This document shows positions 1 to 5,980 of a DNA stretch of 5,980 nt, piece by piece. The DNA is taken from the NCBI RefSeq assembly GCF_006345805.1, contig NW_021829746.1:1-5980 (forward strand). Direction: 5' to 3'. The notes below the pieces were generated by a model, which made no database searches, had not been told where the DNA came from, and saw nothing but the letters and a program-made list of their open reading frames with translations. Numbering within the stretch: position 1 is the first letter of the stretch; every line of letters starts with the position of its first letter. The position numbers and the translations under genes were made by a program. This stretch comes from Octopus sinensis. Taxonomy: Eukaryota.

Positions 1-202
1 CGTGATCAGAGATGCACATATCATCAGCCACTAAGGGACTGGTCAACTGGTTAGGTCAAACAACTGACAAGCAAATCTGTGGTATGAGCAGAATATTTGC
101 TGTAGCCCATCTTTTATACCAAACAAACAATGTACATGATAACCCTTCCAATCAGTTAAGATCAGAAGCCATGAGACACTGCTGGTACTACTGCATCAAG
201 GC
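1..202 (-). mobile_element. Partial copy of an interspersed retroelement, same family as 291-638; continues beyond the left edge
   Basis: tgatcagagatgcacat at 3-19 is identical to 622-638, so this copy carries sequence that the 291-638 copy lacks. Strand is inferred from the tail of the sister copy. Confidence 0.65.
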
Positions 203-208
203 ATGCAC

Positions 209-243
209 ATTATTATTTTATTATTATTATTATATTATTATTA

Positions 244-276
<33 letters not shown>

Positions 277-291
277 CATCATTATTATTAT
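209..291. repeat. (TAT/TAA)n microsatellite, probable 3' tail of the 291-638 element
   Basis: Imperfect (tta)n run directly abutting the element end. Confidence 0.95.
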
Positions 292-638
292 TGAGTGAGA
301 GCGCAGTGCATGCAATCAAAGTGACACTGGGATACTCATCATGACTACTCGTCTGATAAGGGTGCACCAGGCACATGTATCATGGCCATATGTACGCGAC
401 AAGGTGATCTCATATCAAGATAAACAGCTCATGACCTTGCAGGTGGGGTCCAATAAGAATTGTTTTCAGGTCATGTAACCCATCCAGCTTAAAAAGGTGT
501 CTGAATAAGGGCTGTTTAAGGATGTTGAACGAAACACCCTTGCTTCCAGAGTTGAATTATCCAAACCTCAAAGAATTCTTCTCAACATAAGGGCATACTG
601 CTCCCCCACTATTTCTGCTCATGATCAGAGATGCACAT
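291..638 (-). mobile_element. 5'-truncated non-LTR retroelement 3' portion with (TAA)n tail and 13-bp TSD
   Basis: Minus strand ends ...ctctcactc-aataataat. Flanked by the direct repeat atgcacattatta (203-215 and 631-643). Overlaps 17 bp of the copy at 1-202. No ORF. Confidence 0.7.
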
Positions 639-646
639 TATTAGTT

Positions 647-658
647 ATCACCACCACC

Positions 659-750
<92 letters not shown>

Positions 751-804
751 TATCATCATCGTCATCATTATTAATATTATTATTATTTTTATTATTATTA
801 TTAC

Positions 805-844
<40 letters not shown>

Positions 845-886
845 GTTGTTGTTGTTGTTGTTGTTGTTATTGTTGTTGTTGTTGTT
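647..886. repeat. Compound trinucleotide microsatellite (CAC)n-(CAT)n-(TAT)n-(TGT)n
   Basis: Read directly; it generates the poly-G/D/N and poly-L ORFs. Confidence 0.97.
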
Positions 887-1105
887 AAGGCGGCGAGCTG
901 GCAGAATCGTTAGCGCGACGGTCAAAATGCTTATTAACATTTCGTCCGTCTGCACGTTCTGCGTTCAAATTCCACCGTGGTCGACTTTGTCTTTCATCTT
1001 TTCGGGGTCGATAAATAAAGTACCAATGGAGTTCTCGGATCGATGTAACTCACTTGTCCCCTCCTCCAAAATTTCAAGCCTTGTGCCTATAGTAAAAGGA
1101 TTATT
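887..1105 (+). mobile_element. tRNA-derived SINE family A, full-length copy 1
   Basis: Starts aaggcggcgagctggcagaatcgttag (A-box-like). B box gttcaaattcc at 963-973. Body ctttcatcttttcggggtcgataaa. Tail ccttgtgcctatagtaaaaggattatt. Homologous to seven downstream copies. Confidence 0.9.
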
Positions 1106-1106
1106 T

Positions 1107-1275
1107 TATTTCTCCTCTCGCTGCGTTCTGAGTTCAAACTCCGTCGAGGTCGACTTTGTCTTTCAGCCTTACGGGGGTCGATAAATTAAGCACCAGTGAA
1201 ACACTGGGGTCCATGTAATCGACTAGTCCCCTCCCATAAATTTTGGGCCTTGTGCCTATAGTAGAAAAGCTTATT
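1107..1275 (+). mobile_element. SINE family A copy 2 (5'-truncated, lacks A box)
   Basis: ttctgagttcaaactcc...gtcgactttg...ggggtcgataaattaag...ccttgtgcctatagtagaaaagcttatt. Confidence 0.88.
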
Positions 1276-1522
1276 AAGGAGGCGAACTGGCAGGATCGTT
1301 AGCACGTTGGACGAAATGCTTTGTAGTATTTAGCCCGTCGCTACGCTCCGAGTTCAAATCCGCAGAGCTCGACTTTGCCTTTCATCCTTTCGGGGTCGAT
1401 AAACTAAGTACCAATGCAACACTGTGGGCGGTGTAATCGACTTGTCTCTTACCCCAAAATTTCATGTCTTTTGCCCTTAACTGAACAATTTGGAAACAGG
1501 CCTTGCACCTTTAGTAAAAGCG
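1276..1522 (+). mobile_element. SINE family A copy 3 (full head, apparently duplicated 3' tail)
   Basis: aaggaggcgaactggcaggatcgttagc...gagttcaaatcc...ctttcatcctttcggggtcgataaa. Two tail-like segments: tcttttgccctta and gccttgcacctttagtaaaagcgatt. Confidence 0.88.
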
Positions 1523-1660
<138 letters not shown>

Positions 1661-1665
1661 CTCAT

Positions 1666-1858
1666 AAGATCAGAGAATGGCAGAATCTGTGAAATTAGTT
1701 GGATTGATAAATTTCAACGCTTAAAACTCATTAACTTCGAGGTTATCTTTCACCAATCTCCTTCGATAAAATTAGGACCAGTCAAGTGCTGGATTCGATT
1801 TAATTAGCCATATCCTTCCCCCAAAATGTGTAGTTGTTTACCTATGTTAGAAATCATT
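1666..1858 (+). mobile_element. SINE family A copy 4 (highly degenerate)
   Basis: tggcagaatc head remnant, tcgataaaattaggaccagt, cccccaaaat, cctatgttagaaatcatt tail. Confidence 0.6.
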
Positions 1859-1860
1859 TA

Positions 1861-2026
1861 GTAAAATCAACAGTGCATCAGATAAAGTGCCTTACTGTAT
1901 TTATTTTACGGCCTTTGCATCCTGATCTCGAATCCCGCAGAAACCGAGTTCGTGTTAACTCATTCTGAAGACAATAATTAAAATAAAACTTGGATATAAA
2001 GATCGATGTAATCGACCATATCCCTT
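1861..2026 (+). mobile_element. SINE family A copy 5 (highly degenerate)
   Basis: cagataaagtgcct...gtattt, B-box remnant tctcgaatccc, tcgatgtaatcgac motif. Confidence 0.55.
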
Positions 2027-2222
2027 ACGCCGGACGAAATGTTTAGCGGCATTTCGTCCGTATTTAACTTCTGAGTTCAAATTCCGTCGCGGTCCACTTT
2101 GCCTTTCATCCTCTAGGGGGTCGATAAAATGAGTACCAGTTACGCACTAGAATCGATGTAATCGACTTAAACCGTCACCCAAAATTGCTGGCTCTATGCC
2201 GACAACTGTAGCCGATATTATT
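2027..2222 (+). mobile_element. SINE family A copy 6 (5'-truncated, variant tail)
   Basis: acgccggacgaaatgtttagcggcatttcgtccg...tgagttcaaattcc...ggggtcgataaaatgagtaccagt. Tail aaattgctggctctatgcc differs from copies 1, 2 and 7. Confidence 0.88.
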
Positions 2223-2269
2223 TGCTTTGTATAAAAATAGGCGTTATTTGGCGTAGTTAGGGTTGGGCT

Positions 2270-2467
2270 GTTAGCAGGTCAGATAAAATGCTCAGCGGCA
2301 TTTCGTCCGTCGTTACGTCCTGAGTTCAAATTCCTCCGAGATCGACTTTGCCTTTCTTTCTTTCAGGGTTGATTGAATATGTTCCAGTGGAACGCTGGAG
2401 ACGATGCAATGGACAAACCACCTCGCCCAACAGTCAGGTCTTGTGCCTATAGTAAAAAGGATTAATT
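2270..2467 (+). mobile_element. SINE family A copy 7
   Basis: gttagc...aaaatgctcagcggcatttcgtccgtcgttacgtcctgagttcaaattcc...cttgtgcctatagtaaaaaggatt. Confidence 0.87.
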
Positions 2468-2472
2468 AGTGT

Positions 2473-2600
2473 AGTTATATTCCACAGAGGTCGATTTTGC
2501 TTTCTACCCTTTTGGTTCGATAAAATAAGTACCGGTTGTGAAATAGGGTCATTGTGATCGATTAGCTTCTCCCCAGAAAATTTAAGGTCTTGGTTTATAT
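2473..2600 (+). mobile_element. SINE family A copy 8 (3' half, degenerate)
   Basis: attccacagaggtcgattttgctttc...tcgataaaataagtacc...aaatttaaggtcttg. Confidence 0.75.
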
Positions 2601-2806
2601 CTTTTATCCTTTACCATTTACCTTTTACTTGTTTCAGGTATTTGACTGCAGCCACGCTAAGGCACCAGATCGAAGAAATCGACCCAAGATTTAAAAAAAC
2701 AAAAATTTCTAAGCCTGATACTTATTCTATCGGTGTCTTTTGCCAGCACCGGTTGTCAAGAGGTTGTCAAGCGGGTGGGGGACGTCAAACACAAACCAGA
2801 TTCAAA

Positions 2807-2807
<1 letters not shown>
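2601..2807 (-). mobile_element. SINE family B, 3' half, with internal deletion
   Basis: Reverse complement of ~4650-4854: ttttacttgtttcag, atttgactgc, tcgaccc, tacttattctatcggt, ggttgtcaagc. Ends in (CA)n, matching the element's internal microsatellite. Confidence 0.88.
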
Positions 2808-2857
<50 letters not shown>

Positions 2858-2877
2858 GTATGTATATATATATATAT

Positions 2878-2940
<63 letters not shown>

Positions 2941-3020
2941 CAATAACATAAATAATATATATGCATATATACATACATATAGGTACATACTTACATATAT
3001 ATGTATATACTTAAGTATAT
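2808..3020. repeat. (CA)n-(TA)n-(GATA)n compound microsatellite and TA-rich low complexity
   Basis: Read directly; perfect (GATA)n at about 2881-2940. Confidence 0.97.
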
Positions 3021-3176
3021 GTGGGCACAGGACGTCACAGAGCGTAAACAACAGGAAATACGAAATACGAATACATGGAATATGAGCGTTTTTTGCGAAC
3101 AACGAAAGAAACAAATGGAAAACAAGCAACATAAAGAACGACCCTTCATCAGTTGTCGGCCGTATTTCGAGCAATT
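3021..3176. repeat. Probable interspersed repeat fragment, family unassigned
   Basis: Complex A-rich block bounded by (TA)n tracts, resembling a recurrent octopus repeat from memory. Contains a minus-strand CTGATGA at 3146-3152. Confidence 0.4.
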
Positions 3177-3356
3177 CACAAGTATATATAAATTCACGGC
3201 AATATATATATACATAGCTAAGAAACCATTATTTAATGTTATTGTTTTATAGCGGAATCAGTAAAGCAGGGGTCAGTATGTACTTTACGGTATAATATAG
3301 TAAGTGATTGATAAACCATACTAATACAGAAACGGCTGTCCGTTTTAACCAGTTGT

Positions 3357-3425
3357 CTGCGATTCGAACTTGCGATCCCTCAACCGCAAAATCGCTGATT
3401 TAACCACGAGGCCATGTGCCTCCAC
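3357..3425 (-). mobile_element. tRNA-derived SINE head (family C) with Pol III A and B boxes
   Basis: Minus strand reads gtggaggcacaTGGCCTCGTGGttaaatc...caaGTTCGAATCgca. A box 3404-3414, B box 3361-3369, at tRNA-like spacing. No intact acceptor stem. Confidence 0.8.
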
Positions 3426-3429
3426 GCAC

Positions 3430-3468
3430 ATATATATATATATGTATGTATACGTATATATATATATA
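3430..3468. repeat. (TA)n microsatellite
   Basis: Read directly; left flank of the ribozyme module. Confidence 0.93.
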
Positions 3469-3497
3469 ATCAAAATAAGCAACAAGAATGACTCCGG

Positions 3498-3590
3498 TAA
3501 TTTGGTACGATCGTTTCGTACTACATCATTTTATTAAATGTTGTAAGTATTACAACAGATTTAAGATGCTGAGTACTCATCAGCCAATTA
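3498..3590 (-). ncRNA. Type I hammerhead ribozyme (Penelope-type palindromic helix III, extended helix II)
   Basis: Minus strand reads UAAUUGG-CUGAUGA-GUACU-[49 nt hairpin]-AGUAC-GAAA-CGAUCG-UA^CCAAAUUA. All core nucleotides are present. Helix I is 7 bp with one bulged A. Helix II starts with G10.1-C11.1. GUA cleavage triplet, predicted cut between 3506 and 3505. Confidence 0.88.
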
Positions 3591-3612
3591 TAGAGGTTTT
3601 CCATTAATACAA

Positions 3613-3647
3613 TATATATATATATATTATATATATATATATATATA
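3613..3647. repeat. (TA)n microsatellite
   Basis: Read directly; right flank of the ribozyme module. Confidence 0.95.
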
Positions 3648-3856
3648 TTGTTATGTCTGCATTCTAAAGCAACAAACATTGTGAGTCAACACAAACACAG
3701 GTATCAACATAAATGTATTTATGCTTTTGGTTGAATGCACGGGTTATATCGAATGTATATTACATAAACCCAAATTAGAATTGAAAGATGAGATAACGAA
3801 TAGATGAATATGACAGGTCAGGTCGAGAATGCAGTATATACATTTATATGCGCTTC

Positions 3857-3920
3857 GTGCGTGTGTGTATCTCTCTGTGTGTGGTGTGTATGTGTGTCTG
3901 TGTGTGTGTCTGTGTGAGTG
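3857..3920. repeat. Imperfect (GT)n microsatellite
   Basis: Read directly. Confidence 0.85.
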
Positions 3921-3975
3921 TTTGTACAGAGGCCTTGCTTGTATGCATACATGCATCCATCCATAATTACACACA

Positions 3976-4345
3976 CATCATCATCATCATCATTGTTCGA
4001 CCGTGGTCGAGACAATGGAATTTACCATGTTGCGCCAGACTTCACGGTCCATCATAGCATTACGGAGGTCCTGTTGCTGGATGCCTGTATCCCTGGAGAT
4101 TACATCAGGGTAGGAGAGTGTGCGCCCTCTGGTGTTGCGAGTAGATGGCTTCCAGAGGAGAAGAGTAGAAATAACTTCTTTTTCAGCTCTACAACAATGT
4201 CCAGCAAACTGGACTCTCCTACCTTTCACAAGAGATGACACAGGTGGTAATTTCCCATATATTTGCATTTTAGTTGGATGGCGCCTCCACGAGAGATTTT
4301 GAGCTCTCATAAGGAGGCAAGTGTAGGTTCCATCCAACCGCCTTT

Positions 4346-4347
<2 letters not shown>
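3976..4347 (-). mobile_element. 5'-truncated RTE-like LINE, C-terminal end of the RT ORF with (TGA)n tail
   Basis: ORF 3990-4337 (LDGTYT..LMRAQNLSW.RHPT...RRVQFAGHC.R...LLLW.P...RGR...DREVWR) matches the post-RT C-terminal motifs of RTE/RTEX elements (R..FAGH..R, RGR, DR..WR). The stop runs straight into (tga)n. Candidate TSD ttacacacaca at 3967-3977 and 4344-4354. Confidence 0.88.
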
Positions 4348-4378
<31 letters not shown>

Positions 4379-4461
4379 CATGCATTCATATATATATATG
4401 AATTTATATATTTTAAAGAAACACGCAAACACATACACACGCATATATGCATATGTATGCA
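4346..4461. repeat. (CA)n/(TA)n low-complexity tract
   Basis: Read directly. Confidence 0.85.
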
Positions 4462-4851
4462 TGTGTGGTAAGTAGCTTGTTTACCAACCACATGGTTCCG
4501 GGTTCAGTCCCACTGCGTGGCACCTTGGGCAAGTGTCTTCTACTATAGCCTCGGGCCAACCAAAGCCTTGTGAGTGGATTTGGTAGACGGAAACTGAAAG
4601 AAGCCCGTCGTATATATGTATATATATATATATGCGTGCATGTGTTTGTGTGTCTGTGTTTGTTCCCCTAGCATTGCTTGACAACCGATGCTGGTGTGTT
4701 TATGTCCCCGTTACTTAGCGGTTCGGCAAAAGAGACCGATAGAATAAGTACTGGGCTTACAAAAGAATAAGTCCTGGGGTCGAGTTGCTCGATTAAAGGC
4801 GGTGCTCCAGCATGGCCGCAGTCAAATGACTGAAACAAGTAAAAGAGTAAA

Positions 4852-4854
<3 letters not shown>
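4462..4854 (+). mobile_element. tRNA-derived SINE family B, near full length, with internal (TA)n/(TG)n
   Basis: Partial A box tgtgtggtaag. B-box-like ggttcagtccc at 4501-4511. CORE-like ccttgggcaagtg. Internal microsatellite at ~4610-4660. Tail (gtaaaaga)x2. Inverted homolog at 2601-2807. Confidence 0.9.
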
Positions 4855-4892
<38 letters not shown>

Positions 4893-5128
4893 TGTATATA
4901 TAAATACACACATGTATGTATATACATATATATAAATATACACACACAAGCATATATATATATACATATATGGGCACATGCAGGTATATTAAATATATTT
5001 GATACTCGCCCAAATATATAAATATATTCATATATATGTGCATATACATATTTATAGATATGTATATGCGTATATATAATATATAAGTATATATATGTAT
5101 ATATGTGCATATGGTATGCATACATATA

Positions 5129-5184
<56 letters not shown>

Positions 5185-5220
5185 TACATACATATACATA
5201 CACACTCACACACACGTATA
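4855..5220. repeat. (TA)n/(CA)n/(TATG)n low-complexity region
   Basis: Read directly. Confidence 0.93.
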
Positions 5221-5289
5221 GTAAATCAAGTGGTATACGTATTTTCAAATACGAATACTCACAAAACGCATTATTTATTGAGATATTCG

Positions 5290-5376
5290 CTTTCTTTATA
5301 TTTCATTTAATTTTTTTATTTTATTATTTTTTTTATTTTTATTTTTTCATTTTTATTTTTACATTTTATTTTTTTT
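5290..5376. repeat. T-rich (TTTTA)n-like tract; several AATAAA hexamers on the minus strand
   Basis: Read directly. Confidence 0.75.
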
Positions 5377-5430
5377 CCCACCCCGCAAGTTCAAAAATTT
5401 TCTCATTAAGACTTCAATATCGTATCTGTT

Positions 5431-5544
5431 TTAACGCTCAGCCTCTCCCAAGAGGATCCTGCGACTGTCGGTGCGGCGCATCTCTTGCCACACCAAATGT
5501 CGAAACAGCATCGTCTCTCGTTCCATTTCACTTAGTTCCTTAAT
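5431..5544 (-). CDS. Candidate terminal coding exon of an unknown gene (IKELSEMERETMLFRHLVWQEMRRTDSRRILLGEAER*)
   Basis: Non-repetitive, GC/CpG-richer island. Acceptor-like tcttcag immediately upstream. Only phase 0 is open after the AG. Charged helical-looking peptide. Weak polypyrimidine tract, no recognised homolog. Confidence 0.35.
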   Translation of the reverse strand: MKELSEMERETMLFRHLVWQEMRRTDSRRILLGEAER

Positions 5545-5664
5545 CTGAAGATTTGTATAAACTCCATCTTTATTTATTTCTCTTTGTTGTCTTAATTTCC
5601 CCTGACATGGTCTTTGACAGAAGCCAAAATATAACAAAAACAAATCAAAACCCACTCATCACGT

Positions 5665-5679
5665 CTTTCTTTCTCTCTT

Positions 5680-5710
<31 letters not shown>

Positions 5711-5766
5711 TCTTTCTTTCTTTCTTTCTTTCTTCTTCTTCTTTCTCTCTTTTTCTGTCTTGCTCT
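5665..5766. repeat. (TTTC)n polypyrimidine microsatellite
   Basis: Read directly. Confidence 0.93.
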
Positions 5767-5787
5767 CACCGTGTGTACACTGAACCC

Positions 5788-5809
5788 ATATATATATATA
5801 ATATATATA

Positions 5810-5856
<47 letters not shown>

Positions 5857-5936
5857 TATATATACATATATATATGTATATGTATGTATGTATGTATATA
5901 TATATATATATATACACATATATATATGTATATATA

Positions 5937-5976
<40 letters not shown>

Positions 5977-5980
5977 TAAT
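5788..5980. repeat. (TA)n/(TATG)n microsatellite
   Basis: Read directly. Confidence 0.96.

Noticed and set aside
1-35. Minus-strand CUGAUGA at 21-27 as a hammerhead core
   Set aside because: It runs off the window. Using the sister copy (601-638) as the continuation gives no proper helix II base, helix III or helix I partner.
3141-3172. Second hammerhead (minus-strand CGAAA...CUGAUGA)
   Set aside because: Only 12 nt lie between GAAA and CUGAUGA, too few for helices III and I of a type II fold. The helix II closing pair is a mismatch and there is no suitable downstream GAAA for a type I fold.
3330-3346. Hairpin aaacgg-ctgt-ccgttt followed by T, resembling an intrinsic terminator
   Set aside because: A 6-bp stem is expected by chance, and bacterial-type terminators are not relevant here.
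3357-3425. Functional tRNA gene
   Set aside because: A and B boxes are present but the acceptor and T stems do not pair properly; better explained as a SINE head.
3918-4302. Plus-strand ORFs 3918-4238 and 4120-4302
   Set aside because: Antisense shadows of the RTE-like ORF.
4263-5543. YI/CV/HT-repeat ORFs (similar ones at 2642-3252)
   Set aside because: Stop-free frames produced by (TA)n, (CA)n and (GATA)n repeats.

Overview
Repeat-saturated, AT-rich animal genomic DNA with no complete protein-coding gene. The repeat families resemble those I recall from Octopus/coleoid cephalopods (recognition only, not verified). Contents: two pieces of one (TAA)n-tailed retroelement (1-638); about 8 head-to-tail copies of a tRNA-derived SINE (887-2600); two inverted copies of a second SINE (2601-2807 minus, 4462-4854 plus); a third tRNA-derived SINE head (3357-3425 minus); a 5'-truncated RTE-like LINE 3' end with an open frame (3976-4347 minus); many microsatellites; and a possible terminal coding exon (5431-5544 minus). 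The best hidden signal is a complete type I hammerhead ribozyme on the minus strand (3498-3590). It has a perfect catalytic core, a palindromic minimal helix III typical of Penelope-like elements, and a long helix II, and sits in a ~145-bp module between two (TA)n tracts. Most ORFs in the track are microsatellite artefacts.
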